From NCBI RefSeq assembly GCF_963921235.1, contig NC_086108.1:12152001-12216000 (forward strand): 64,000 bases of DNA, written 5' to 3'. The notes below the pieces were generated by a model. That model did no database searches. It saw only the letters and a program-made list of their open reading frames with translations, and was not told the DNA's origin. Below, piece after piece: positions 1 to 12,600 of the stretch. Position 1 is the stretch's first letter; each line of letters begins with the position of its first letter. The translations under genes and the position numbers were made by a program. The DNA comes from Mobula hypostoma (taxonomy: Eukaryota).

Positions 1-385
1 AGGCACTCGGTGTTACCTGGATGCCATCATTGTTACCGGTGAGGATGACAAGGAACATCTCCAAAATCTCAAGAGAGTGTTAAAAGATTAGAAGTTGATT
101 GGGCTCAGAGCACGACGTGACAAGGGTTAATTCTTTAAGTGGAGCATTACTGACTGGTGTCGCACGGTTGACACACAAGGACTACACAAGAGTGCTGAGA
201 AAATTCAAGTAGTGGTGACCAAAGGACATTTCACGGTTGCAATCATTCTTAGGATTTGTCAATTACTATAATGGATTCCTGCCAAACCCAGCTACTGTGC
301 TCACACTTTGAACTCATTACTGCAGACTGGGAGAAATGGCCATGGACAAAACAGTGTGAGGTAGTTTTCCAAAGGATAAAGTAAA
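1..385 (+). pseudogene. pol: Decayed Gypsy-type reverse transcriptase fragment, running off the window start
   Basis: Hand translation gives YLDAIIVTGEDDKEHLQNLKRVL...EKIQ...LQSFLGFVNYYNGFLPN...WPWTKQCEVVF, i.e. Ty3/Gypsy RT palm and thumb motifs, with frameshifts and stops. Confidence 0.85.
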
Positions 386-557
386 TAAACCAAAGACAAC
401 AGATGGTAAAACAAAGATCTTTCTTATTCCTTTAGACTTGCAGGAGTTCCCAGTCATTTTTATGCCATGGATCAATGCTATTGAACAAGGGGTCCGTGGA
501 CCCAAGGTTAAGAACACCTGCGAGCATCCTAGGCCCTTACTCCCTAAGGGGTACCAG

Positions 558-3500
558 AAGACCATGACATAGGGGCAGAAATAGTCTATTCGTCCCATCG
601 AGTCTGCTCCACTAGTCCATTATGGGTGATCTTGGATCCCACTCAACCCCATACACCTGCATTCTCACCATAACCTTTGATGCCCTGACTGACCAGGAAG
701 TGGTCAACTTCCGCCTTAAATATACCCACAGACTTGAACTCCACTACAGTTTGTGGAAGAGCATTCCACAGGTACACTATTCTCTGGCTAAAACAATTCT
801 TCCTTACCTCTGTTCTAAAAGGTCGACCCTCAATTATGAGGCTCTGCTCTCTAGTTCTGGAATACTCCCACCACAGGAAACACCCTCTCCACATCCACCC
901 TATCTAGTCCTTCCAACATTCGATAGGTTTCAATGGGATTCCCGCGCATTCTTCTAAATTCCAGTGAGTACAGGCCAAAAGCTGCCAAACACCCCTCATA
1001 TGTTAACTCCTTCATTCCCAAAATCATCCTTGCAAACCTCCTCTGGACTTTCTCCAATGGCAACACATCCTTTCTGAGATATGGGGCCCAAAACTGTTGT
1101 CAATACTCCAAGTGTGGCCTGAGTAGTGTCTTAAAAGTCTTAGAATTATCTCCTTGATTTTATTTCTATTCCCCTTGAAATAAATGCTAACATTGTATTT
1201 GCCTTCTTTACCACAGACTCAACCTGTAAATTAACTTTCTGGAAATCTTGCACAAGGACTCCTAAGTCCCTCTGCATGTCTGTTGTTTGAATTTTCTCCC
1301 CATTTAGATAATAGTCTGCACTATTGTTCCTTTAACCAAAATGCATTATCGTACATTTCCTAACACTGTATTCCATCTGCCACTTTTTTGTCCATCCTTC
1401 CAATTTGTCTAAGTCCTGCTGCAATCACATTGCTTCCTCAACACTACCTACCCCTCCACCTGTCTTTATATCATCTGCAAACTTTGCCACAAAGCCATCA
1501 ATTCCATTATCCAAATCATTGACAAAAATGTGAAAAGCAGCAGTCCCAATACTGACCCCTGATGAACACCACTAATCACTGGCAGCTAACCAGAAAAGGC
1601 CCCTTTTATTTCCACTCACTGCCTCTGGCCTGTCAGCCATTCCTCTATCCATACCAATATCTTTCCTGTACTGCCATAGCATTTTATCTTGTTAAGCAGC
1701 CTCATGTGTGGCACCTTATCAAACACCTTCTGAAAATCCAAGTAAATGACATTAACTGCCTCTCCTTTGTCCACCCTGCTTGTTACTTCCTTGAAGAACT
1801 CTAACAGATTTCACAAGATCACAAGACAAAGGAGCAGAAGTAGGCCATTTGGCCCATCGAGTCTGCTCTGCAGCTCCCCCATGAACTAAACTATTCACCC
1901 ATCTAGTTCCAATTTCCGGTATTATCCCCATATCCCTTGATACCCTGACTAATTAGATACCTGTCAATCTCCTCCTTGAACACCCCCAATGATTGGGCCT
2001 CCACAGCTGTATGTGGCAATGAATTCCACAAATCCACGACCCTCTGGCTAAAAAAATTTCACCTCATCGCTGTTTTAACTGGATACCCTCAAATTCTAAG
2101 ACTATGGCCTCTTGTCCTGGACTCACTCACCAAGGGAAAGAAGAAGATTATTTCTTCTTCCGAAATGTACAACTGTACATTTGTCAACGTTGTATCTCAT
2201 CTGCCATTTCTTTGCCCACTCTCCTGAACTAACTAAGTCTCTCTGCAACCTTTCTGTTTCTTCAACATTTCCTGCTCCTCCACCTATCTTGGTGTCATCC
2301 GCAAACTTAGCCACAAAACCATTTAATCCATAATCCAAATCATCGATATACATCGTAAAAAGAAGCGGCCCCAACACCGACCCCTGCGGAACACCACTAG
2401 TAACCGGCAACCAACCAGAATAGGATCCCTTTATTCCCACCCTTTGCTTTCTGCCTATCAGCCACTGCTCCACCCATTTCAATATCTTTCCTATAATTCC
2501 ATGGGCTCTCATCTTATTAAGCAGCCTCATATGTGGCACCTTATCGAAGGCCTTTTGAAAATCCAAATACGCAACATCCACAGCCTCTCCCTTGTCAATC
2601 TTATTCGAGATTACCTCAAAAAATTCCAATAGGTTGGTGAGGCAGGATCTTCCCTTCATGAAACCATACTGGCTTCGGCCCATCTTGTCATGCACCTCGA
2701 GGTATTTCATAACCTCGTCCTTGAGGATTGACTCCAATATCTTTCCAACTACCGATGTCAGACTAATAGGTCTGTAATTTTCTTTTTGCTGCCTCCTTCC
2801 TTTCTTAAATAGCGGAACTACATTTGCGACCTTCCAGTCCTCTGGAACCATGCCAGAGTCTATTGATTCCTGGAAGATCATTTCCAATGCTTCCACAATC
2901 TCCAAAGCCACCTCCTTCAGAACCCTTGGGTGCACCTCATCCGGACCGGGAGACTTCTCTATTCTTAGTCCACTTATCTTCCCAAGCACTTTCTCTCTAG
3001 TAATCTTGACTGTACCTAATTCTATTCCCTGATACCTCTGGCTATCAGGTATATTGCTCATGTCTTCTACTGTGAAGACTGATGCAAAATACTCAATCAG
3101 TTCCTCTGCCATCTCTTTGTTATCCATTATAATTTCTCCAGCATCATTTTCAATCGGTCCCGTATATACCCTTGTCACTCTTTTACTCTTCATATATTTA
3201 AAAAAACTCTTAGTATCCTTTTTTATGTTAATCTCCAACTTCCTTTCATAATTCATCTTTTTTTCCTAATAACTTTCTTAGTTTCCTTCTCTAAGTTTTT
3301 AAAAGTCTTCTAGTCCTCATTTTTCCCACTAATTTTTGCTTCCTTGTACACCGTTTCTTTTGCTTGTATTTTTGCCTTAACCTCTCTCGTTAGCCACATT
3401 TGTGCCATTTTTCCATTCATGATTTTCTTTTTTCTTGAAATATATTTTTCCTGCATTTTCCTTATTTCTTGTAGGAATTTTATCCAATTCTGTTCTGCCG

Positions 3501-4740
3501 TCCCTCCATTTAGCTTACTTTTCCAATCGACTTGGGCCAGTTCCTCTCTCATACCACTGTAATTTCCCCTGTTCCACTGAAATATCAATACACCTGATAC
3601 CAGCTTCTCCTTTTCAAATTTGAAACTGAACTCAGTCATATTATGATCACTGCTTCCAAGGGGTTCCTTTACCTCCAGCTCCCTAATCACCTCGGGTTCA
3701 TTACACAGCACCCAATCCAAAACAGCCGGTCCCCTGGTGGGCTTCTGGACAAGCTGCTCCAAAAAGCCATCCTGTAGGCATTCTACAAACTCCCTCTCCT
3801 GAGATCCATTACCTTCCTGACTTTCTCAATCCACTTTCATATTAAAATCCCCCATAATTATCTTGACATTTTCCTTCTGATACCCTTTTTCTATTTCCAG
3901 CTGCAACTTGTAGTCCACATCCCGGCTGCTGTTTGGAGGCCTGTATATAACTGCTATTAGTGTCTTTTCACCCTTGCCATTTCTTAATTCTACCCTTAAG
4001 GATTTTACCTCTTCTGATCCTACGTCCCTTCTTTCTATTGATTTGATATCGTTACTTACCATCAGGGACACGCCACCCCCTTTACCTACCTTCCTATCTT
4101 TCATATACACTGTGTATCCGTGGATATTCAGCTCCCAATCACATCCATCATTTAGCCATGACTCGGTGATGGCCACAATGTCATATCTTTTAACCTGCAG
4201 CTGTGCAGCAAGGTCATCCACTTTATTTCTAATGGTGCGTGCATTTAAGTATAGTACATTTAGATCAGTATCTGTTGCCGATTTTGCTATATTTCTATTT
4301 TGCAGCAAATTATCCTGTATATTCATCGGCCTGTCCTTCTTGCCATCTTTGCTGCACAGTATTTTTGACGTATTTCTATTTTCCTCTTCCTCAATCTTAA
4401 TGCCTTGGTTTCCTTCCCCTTGCCAACTTAGTTTAAACCCTCCTTAACAGCTATATTAAACAATCCCGCCAGGATATTAGTACCTTTTGAATTCAGGTGT
4501 AATACATCTTTTTTGTATAAGTCATACCTTCCCCAAAATAGATCCCAATGATTCAAGAATTTGTGTGGGAAGATTTCCCTTTACAGATTTCCCATGCTGG
4601 TTTTGACTTATTTCATCATTAGTCTCCAAGTAACCTGAAACCTCATCCTGAATAATAGACTCCAACACTTTCCCAACCACTGAGGTTAGGCTAACTGGCC
4701 TATTATTTCCATTCTTTTGCCTTCCTCCCTTCTTAAAGGT
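558..4740 (-). mobile_element. 5'-truncated CR1 LINE (outer copy: 558-1811 plus ~4563-4740), split by a nested CR1
   Basis: ORF2 C-terminal motifs (LEKVQRRFARMI, FSQRIVYLWNALP) and NNRPVSLTSVVGKVLE at 4522-4794. The sequence reads through when 1812-4558 is removed. Confidence 0.85.
1812..4558 (-). mobile_element. CR1 LINE, inner copy: ORF1 tail, APE and RT, with an internal deletion near 2135 and a (TCTTGTGA)n tail
   Basis: ORFs 3826-4326 (YLNARTIRNK, AITESW, YRPP, GDFN = APE) and 2123-3256 (NYRPISLT, DFQKAFDKVPH, GVPQGSVLGP, FADD = RT). Tail cacaagatcacaaga at 1812. Confidence 0.92.
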
Positions 4741-5177
4741 ACCAACGAATCCAGTCTCTGCTGTTGTGTAAGTGGAAGCACAGAGCAATCCCACACTCTG
4801 CTATATGAAAATAAGTCAATAACCTGTTTAAATGTTAATTTAATTTAAATTAAATTAAATGAAGGTTGATTGGAAGCCCGATGGCCAAAGCCTGTAGGCC
4901 TGGAGGCCTACTCTGGAGTTAGAAGACAGTCCATGTGTGGGCGTGGGTGGGAGAGAGGAATGGGGCGTTTCGCTGTCATTGTTTTATTGCTCGTTGTGCT
5001 CTCTGTTGCTCTGCTGAGCATCATGGGCATGCAGAACGTGTGGCAACACTTGCGGGCTGCCCCCAGCACCTCCTTGGTCTGTGTGGGTTGTTAATGCAAG
5101 CGATGCACTTCACTGTATATTTCGCTGTACATGTGATAACTAAGTTTCAATCTGACTCTAAATCTGAATTTGAATAT

Positions 5178-5867
5178 TTAGATTATGAGAACACTCAGTT
5201 CTCTCTTGTTGTCATTTAGAAATGCATACATGCTTCAAGTAATGATACAATGTTTCTCCGGAGTGATATCACAGAAAACAGGACAAACCAAAGACTAACA
5301 CTGACAGAATCACATAATTATAACATATAGTTACAGCAGTGCAAAGCAATACCATAATTTGATGAAGAACAGACCATAGGCACAGTAAAAAAAAGTCTCA
5401 AAGTCCCGAGTCGATCGACTCCCGAATCCCCGATAGCAGGCAGCAAAAGGGAGAAGCTCCCTGCCATAAACTTCCAGGCACCGTCAACTTGCCGATGCCT
5501 TGGAAGCAGCCGACCCCAGCCGACACTGAGTCCATCCATCCGAAAACTGCGAGCTTCCGACCAGCCCCTCCGATACAGCCTTCCGAGTGCCATCCTCTGC
5601 CGAGCGCCTTCCATCTTGCCCCGGCTGCTGAAAAACGCAAAGCCGAGGATTTTGGGGCCTTCTGCTCCGGAGATTCTGGTTACCACACAGTAGCAGCGGC
5701 AGCGAAGCGGGCATTTCAGAAGTTTTCCAGATGTTCCTCCGTGCTCTCACGTCTGTCTCCATCAAATCAGAATTGTGCATGGTCCCCTACTTGACAGATA
5801 ACAGACATCACCACCGAAGTGGCCACGCACGCTGCCGTCGCACCGCTCTCTTCTCCTCCTCCTTTGA
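5178..5867 (-). mobile_element. CpG-rich non-autonomous retroposon, family unassigned, inserted into the (TCTGAA)n-like tail of an older repeat
   Basis: Flanked by gaatat at 5172-5177 and 5868-5873. The (tctgaa) microsatellite continues on both sides, and CpG is retained. Confidence 0.6.
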
Positions 5868-6114
5868 GAATATGAATCTCAATCTGAATCTGAAATATTA
5901 TGGTTCAATAGGTCCTGGAAGATTAACAGTTTGGCACAGACTAGATGGGCTGGTGGGCCTGGTTCTGTGTTCTGGTGTCCTTTGACTCTATCACTCAATG
6001 CTAATGGCCAGCACAGTGGTAAGAGTATGCTTCATTATCCACTGAATGGTGGTACAAAATGGCTAGGGAATTCATGTGCAGAAATCGCTCCCAGCAACTG
6101 CACTAGTTAAAATA

Positions 6115-7085
6115 ATTGCACAGACCCTCAGCCAAACCTCACCTGGAGCAACTACTGACACTGGAGAGGGTTCAAAGGAGGTTCACGAAAATATTTCCAG
6201 GATTGAATGGCTTGTCTTATGAAGAGCATTTGATGGCTCTGAGCCTGTACTCACTAGGATTCAGAGGGGAGACCTCATTGAAAGCTATTGAATATTGAAA
6301 GGCCTTGTCAGAAGAGGTGTGGAGAAGATGTTTCCTATGTAGAGTGAGTCTAAGACCAGAGGACACAGCCTCAGTATAGAGAGGTATTCTTTTAGAACAG
6401 AGATGAGGAGGAACTTCTTAAGTCAGAGAGTAGTGAATCTGCGGAATTCATTGCCACAGGCAGCTGTGGAGGCCAAATCATAGAACCACAGAACATTACA
6501 GCACAGAAACAGGCCTTTTGGCCCTTCTTGGCTGTGCCGAACCATTTTTCTGCCTAGTCCCACTGACCTGCACCTGGACCATATCCCTCCATACACCTCT
6601 CATCCATGTACCCGTCCAAGTTTTTCTTAAATGTTAAAAGTGAGCCCACATTTACCACTTCACCTGGCAGCTCATTCCACACTCCCACTGCTCTCTGTGT
6701 GAAGAAGCCCCCCTGCCCAATGTTCCCTTTAAACTTTTCCCCCTTCACCCTTAACCCATGTCCTCTGGTTTTTTTCTCCCCTTGCCTCAGTGGAAAAAGC
6801 CTGCTTCCATTCACTCTATCTATACCCATCATAATTTTATACACCTCTATCAAATCTCCCTTCATTCTTCTACGCTCCAGGGAATAAAGTCCTAACCTAT
6901 TCAACCTTTCTCTGTAATTGGGTATATTTAAGGCAAAGGTTGACAGATCCTTGATTAGTCAGGACATGAAGGGATACGGGGAAATTGGGGCTGAGAGGAA
7001 AAATGGATGAGCCATGATGAAATGGCAGAGCAGACCCGATGGGCCAAATGGCCTAATTCTGCTCCTACACCCTATGGTCTTGTGG
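6115..7085 (+). mobile_element. CR1 3' fragment with an opposite-strand CR1 3' fragment nested at 6481-6917
   Basis: The outer copy reads gaggccaaatca|ttgggtatatttaagg across the insert. Inner ORF 6554-6904 has RLGLYSLERRRMKGDLIEVYK. Confidence 0.85.
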
Positions 7086-7204
7086 TTTAAATCCATTCCA
7101 CAGGTGGAAGAGATTGGCTCTGATGTTGATACAAGTGTGAACTATTGGAGTGATAATGCAAGAGGAAATATTAAACTTCAACTTCTTCAAGGACAAATGC
7201 TAGT

Positions 7205-7495
7205 TCGTATGGATTGGTAACATCCTCTCCACACTCACCACCAGCACAGGTACACCACAAGGTTGTGTGCTTAACCCCCTGCTCTATTTGTCTTATACTT
7301 GTGACTGTGTGGCTGACTACAACTCAGATACCTTTTTTAAGTTTGCTGACAAGAGCACTGTTGTTGGCCGAATCAAAGGCGGTGATGAATCAGCAGATAG
7401 GAGGGAGATTGAAACTCTGGCTGAGTGGTGCCACAGCAACAACCTCTCGCTCATCGTCAGCAAAACCAAAGCGCAGATTATCAGCTACAGGAGGT
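7205..7495 (+). mobile_element. Rex1/Babar-like (L2/CR1 group) LINE RT fragment
   Basis: PQGCVLNPLLY...DC...FKFADKSTVVGRIKGGDESADRREIETLAEWC...KTK. Related fragments at ~13500-13810(+), 13820-14285(-), 15555-15975(+), 19440-20215(+), 36860-37175(+, APE N-terminus), 38545-38805(-) and 55300-55770(-). Confidence 0.8.
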
Positions 7496-7810
7496 CCTCC
7501 AGCATCTTGTGTGTGTCCTGCTCAAAAATTCCAGGGTTTGCAGCATGTCTTCAGTCTCCATTCTGTTGGTCCATTTTCAAAACGTTGAGGAAGTCTAGCC
7601 AGCCTGATTTCACCCTGTGTGATCTCCACCAGTAGAGGTTTCATGCTGAACAGGTTTAGGGATTGTGTGTGAGAAAGGAAAGCGAGCCCAATGGATACCA
7701 CTTGGGATAGAACCTCGTCTAGCCACAAGTTTCTAGGTTAATTATAGTTAATTAAATAACAAAATAAAAATTCCCTGAATGTGGAAATCCAGCCTGAAAC
7801 ATTAATAGTT

Positions 7811-8092
7811 GCTCTCTCTCTCTCTTTCTCTCTCTCTCTTTCTCTTTCTACCTCATCTCTCTCTCTTTCTTTCTCTCCCCCCTCTCCCTCTCCCTTTCTC
7901 TCTTTCTCCATCTTTCTCTTTCTTCCATCTCTCTTTATTCCTCCCTCCCTTCTCACTCATTCTCTATCTCTATCCCTCTCTTTTCCCTCACCCACTCTCT
8001 CCCTTTCTCTCCCTCTCCCTTTCTTTCTCTTTCTCTCCTCTCTCTCTCCCCTTCCCTCTCTCTGTCTCTCTCTCTCCATCTATCTATCTCTC
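7811..8092. repeat. CT-rich polypyrimidine/polypurine low-complexity tract
   Basis: About 280 bp, almost entirely C/T on the + strand. Confidence 0.95.
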
Positions 8093-8269
8093 TTAAAAGT
8101 TACCAAAACTGCTGAGTTTTGCAGTGTTTGATTTTATTTCCCCTTTCCTATATCTGCAGGATTTTGCTTTGCCTCCCACCTCCCCCACTCCCAACTTAGT
8201 CACCCCTTCTCCTTGCCCTTCCTGTTCCTCACCTTGCTATATGTTCATTTCTTTCCTTTGAGATCCCAG

Positions 8270-8550
8270 TCGGGTGGTGGGGTGGAGATACATCTCTACC
8301 AAAGGAGGTGTAAGGCACTACCTCCCTCCGCTAGCCTGCTAGGCACCCCTGTAGCACCAGCATAGCCACCCACCCTGATCAGGATTACGTGAAGCCATGG
8401 GAGCAGGTGGTGGATGGTCGTACGAGCAGTTGGTGCCTATCACAAGTCCTGGGTATGTGACCATTAACGCCAGGTAGACAATCTCTGAAGAGCACTGATA
8501 ATGGCGGGGGTCACCCATCTTGTAAAGACACCACCCAGAAGAAGGTTCTT
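8270..8550 (+). mobile_element. RTE-associated SINE or non-autonomous RTE; other copies at 20700-21001 plus 24910-25000(+), 30750-31085(-), 35815-36260(+)
   Basis: Shared body (ggagatacatctctaccaaaggaggtgtaagg...gacaatctctgaagag). Complete copies have the RTE/BovB-like ggcaatggcaaaccact motif and a (GAT)n tail. Confidence 0.75.
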
Positions 8551-9224
8551 CTGTGGAAGAACTTGTCATGAGAAAACTGAACAAACGAATGAGATCCCAG
8601 TGCCGCACTGGCAGTGTATTGAGGGTGGTCGTGGTTAGGAATCTTGCCTTGTGTTTCCCGTGAGTCATTGCACGCACTGCAGGGTCTCATCCCGAAGTGT
8701 ACACCATCCTTCTCCCTCCACAGGAGATGCCTGACTGCTGTGTGCCTGTACTTTTTCACGTTCCATCCCACTGCAGGTCTGGCTTGTCACCCTAACTATT
8801 TCAAAGTATATTTAAAGTGCATTTATTAACAAAGTGTGTATGCACTATACAACCCCGAAGTTTGTCTTCTTCACAGACAGCCACGAAGCAAAGAAGAACA
8901 GTGTAACCCAGACATTCAAATCTCATCAAACATCAAACTGTCCTGTCCACACATGCAGAAAATCACACAAATGCAGCAAAAAAATCTAGTGAAAATACAG
9001 AATATAAAGGTCAAAACCAAAAGACATATTTCAGTACGGTTCAGCGTGGTGTTCATTATCTGTGGGACGACCAGATCCAAAATCGCCCAAAAGTAGTAAT
9101 AAGAACAAGCAGCCCGAACTAGAACACAACCGAGAACACATCATGAACCTGAACTAGAGTCCAATTCTGCAATCCGTGTAGAGTAAACCTTGCTCAGGCG
9201 TCATCGGCCAACAGCATTCACAGT

Positions 9225-9620
9225 CATAGTCATAGTCATACTTTATTGATCCAGGGGGAAATTGGTTTTCATCACAGTTGCACCATAAATAATAAATAGT
9301 AATAAAACCATAAAGAGTTAAATAGCAATATGTAAATTATGCCATTAAATTATGAAATAAGTCCAGGACCAGCCTATTGGCTCAGGGTGTCTGACCCTCC
9401 AAGGGAGGAGTTGTAAAGTTTGATGGCCACAGGCAGGAATGACTTCCTATGACGCTCTGTGTTGCATCTCGGTGGAATGAGTCTCTGGCTGAATGTACTC
9501 CTGTGCCCAACCAGTACATTACATAGTGGATGGGAGACATTGACCAAGATGGCATGCAACTTAGACAGCTTCCTCTTTTCAGACACAACCGTCCAGTTCC
9601 ATCCCCACAACATCACTGGC
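9225..9620 (-). mobile_element. Young Rex1/Babar-like LINE 3' end with (TATGAC)n tail
   Basis: Encodes RLIPPRCNTERHRKSFLPVAIKLYNSSLGGSDTLSQ*, identical to the copy at 55769-56313. Confidence 0.85.
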
Positions 9621-11239
9621 CATTGAGAGAGAGAGAGATCACTGAAACACAGGGACCTTCCCTCTGGGAGCAGCAAGTGAGAGAGCGAGAAACTGCCCCG
9701 CGCAGACTCGTTCCTCCAGCAGCAGCGAGAGAGAGGCTGATTGATGACGTTGAACACTCGCTCACCTTCCACCCCCACCTTGATGATCTCAATCTTCCTT
9801 GGCACTTTAACTGGCGAGAGGTGGCGTCGATCAAGGGCTTGCTCCCCATCTCCTGGCTTCCTGGCCACCATACCATATGCTTTGGTCGCAGCCTCATGGA
9901 AAACTCTCACTGACAGCAAAGCACCAGATTGCCTGATCAAGTTTCAAAGTACATTTATTAGTAAAGAACGTATAAATTATACAGCCTTGAGATTTGTCTG
10001 CTTACAGGCAGCCACCAAGTAAGAAACCCAAGAAAACCCAATTAACAAAACTAAAGACCAACACCCATTGTGCAAAGAAAGGGGAAAAAAAAGAGGTTCC
10101 AATCATGGAGACAATATAAGTGAGCCACACATTATGAACCATAATGAGTCATTAGATTTGAACCCCAGAGCAGCCCAGAGTAGGCCCAAAGCATTGGTAT
10201 CAGCCAGCGCATTAGCAGGCACGGAGCACAGCAACTGGAAGCAGTCTTCATAACCTCAGCGCTAGAGAGAGGGGAGTGAACATCACGGGAGAGCAAGCCA
10301 AATCGAGCCCAACATCGTCCAGGCTCAGCTTTTGCCTGCCAGCCCAAAGCCACTCTTGATTTCTTCAGATCAGCTCAGCTCCCAGAGCAATCCATCCTCG
10401 CACCCGGGCGTATGGGCATCGGAACTCCTCTGCCTCAACTGCCCCTCTCTGAAAGGTTCACTGTGCGTATCAGTACAATTCATCCCTCAAATTCAATTTG
10501 TCTTCGCTCGTCTCCTCAGTGCTTGCAGTGATAATTTAGTGCACTTTACTTCAGAAAAGGTGTTATTAGTAATATTTTTAGTCTAATTCCTTGTCGTTTG
10601 AGCCATCGCACCCATTCGGATAAGAATCTCAAACCTTACTCAGTCTGAGGTAACACAGCCAGAATGTAGATAACAGGCTCTAAGAGCAGCAGAACCACGT
10701 CTGAAATAAATACCTGCATTACATTAGTCAGGTGCAAACATGGCACAAATGGGGCCAATGATAAATCACCACACCTTTACCACTAGACCCTGGTGAGGGT
10801 GAGGAGCCCAGGGAAAGGTCTAGAATCTTTTCTCCACCAAACACCTCAATTTCTTGACATTTACAATTTCCTCATGTAACAAGTTCAACAGCAGCTTGTT
10901 GAATTGTCATTTCACTATCCAGTGTTGTAATCTTTAAGCACGACACATCCTTAAACAGACTGTTAATGAAGCAATATTTCAACTTGGAGATCTAACTTAC
11001 ACTGTTCATCTATCTAATTGTGTTAGCAATGGCTCATTGTGCCTGAGTCAGCTGACAGAAATGGGCAACGCAAAGTCATTATAAAAATCAAAGACAACTT
11101 GAAGGAATGTCTTGGAAAACACATTAAAAGACAGTTGCGTGTTAAAACCTTATGCCACTCATCAGCACGGAGGAAAAGTGTACCTTGACATATGTCTTGT
11201 ACCATGATACTGCTGCAGAGAAGCTAATTTTTATGATGC

Positions 11240-11930
11240 AACACACACAAAGCGCTGGAGGAATTCAGCAGGTCAGGCAGTATCTATGGAAATGCTTAGA
11301 CAATCAGCATTTCAGGCCAAGTCTCTTCTTCAAGACTGAGAAGGAAGGGAGAAGATATCAGAATAAAAAGGTGGGAAGAGGGGAACCTTAGCTGGAAGGT
11401 GATCGATGAAGCCAGGTGGCTAGGAAAGGTCAAGGGCCAGAGAACAAAGAATCTGACAGGACAGGATGGTGGACCATAGGAGAAAAGGAAGGAGGAGGGG
11501 ACCCAGGGGGAAGTGATAGGCCAGTGAGAAGAGGTAAAAGGTCAGAGTGGGAATAGAGGAGGGAGGGAGTTTTTTTTTACTGCAAAGAAAAATTGATATT
11601 CATGCCATAAGGTTGGAGGCTACTCAGACATAATATAAGGTGTTTTTCCTCCACCCTGAGAGTGGCTTCATCTTGGCACAAGAGGAGGCCATGGACCGAC
11701 AAGAATGGGAATGGGAATTAAAACGTTTGACCACCGTGACATCCCGTTTGTGGTGGATGGTGCGGAGGTGTTCGACAAAGCAGAATCCCAAGTTATGACG
11801 GATCTCACCAATGTAGAGGAGGCCACATCGGGAGCACCAGACACAATGGATGACCCCAGCAGATTCACCGGTAAAGTGGTGCTTCAGCTGGAAGGACAGC
11901 CTGGTGCCCTGAATGGAGGGGAATGGGCAT
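11240..11930 (-). mobile_element. Penelope-like element 3' fragment: GIY-YIG endonuclease tail plus terminal repeat with a degenerate hammerhead motif (11301-11338)
   Basis: Minus strand reads YIGEIRHNLGFCFVEHLRT...LRVEEKHLILCLSSLQPYGMNINFS, followed by cagtc-ttgaaga-...-gaaatgct-gattg. Confidence 0.85.
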
Positions 11931-12319
11931 ATTTATGACATTTGTATCATGTGTATGTATGCCTATGATAACAATAAACATGAAGAATCCAATTGAATTC
12001 TGATGTTGCTGATCCTAGGTTCTTTTGGAACTCAACAAAGACACTTAAAACTTGTGGCTTCACAATTGTTTCATTAAATGCTAATAGAACAAAGAGAATT
12101 GGAAATGGAATAATGAGAGGCAAATAGCTAAGAATAAGGAACAGTATAAAATGGCAGAGCAATTTGCTCAGCCCTTCTTATACCATAGATAAGAGATATT
12201 CCATCCAAATTTGTAGGTAAGAGTTAACCAATCAGAAAGCCCCTATTCAAATAATGTTTTACCGAAGAAGCTTCCAGAATGATACAAAGAATTATAACCT
12301 CTAGAGTACAAGCTGAACA

Positions 12320-12600
12320 ATGTACATACAGCGACCACTAGGGGAGACACTGAACAATTGCACATACAAGCTGTGACCACTAGGGGACACACTGAACAAT
12401 TGCACATACAAGCTGTGACCACTAGGGGACACACTGAACAATTGCACATACAAGCTGTGACCACTAGGGGACACACTGAACAACTGCACATACAAGCTGT
12501 GACCACTAGGGGACACACTGAACAATTGCATACACAAGCTGTGACCACTAGGGGACACACTGAATGATTGCACATACACAATGTGACCACTAGGGGACAC
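12320..12600. repeat. 42-bp minisatellite, ~6.5 copies (gctgtgaccactaggggacacactgaacaattgcacatacaa)
   Basis: Direct reading, and the 14-aa periodicity of the overlapping ORFs. Confidence 0.97.

Noticed and set aside
7738..8131. ORFs over the CT tract, and over (GT)n and (GAT)n repeats elsewhere
   Set aside because: Low-complexity artefacts.
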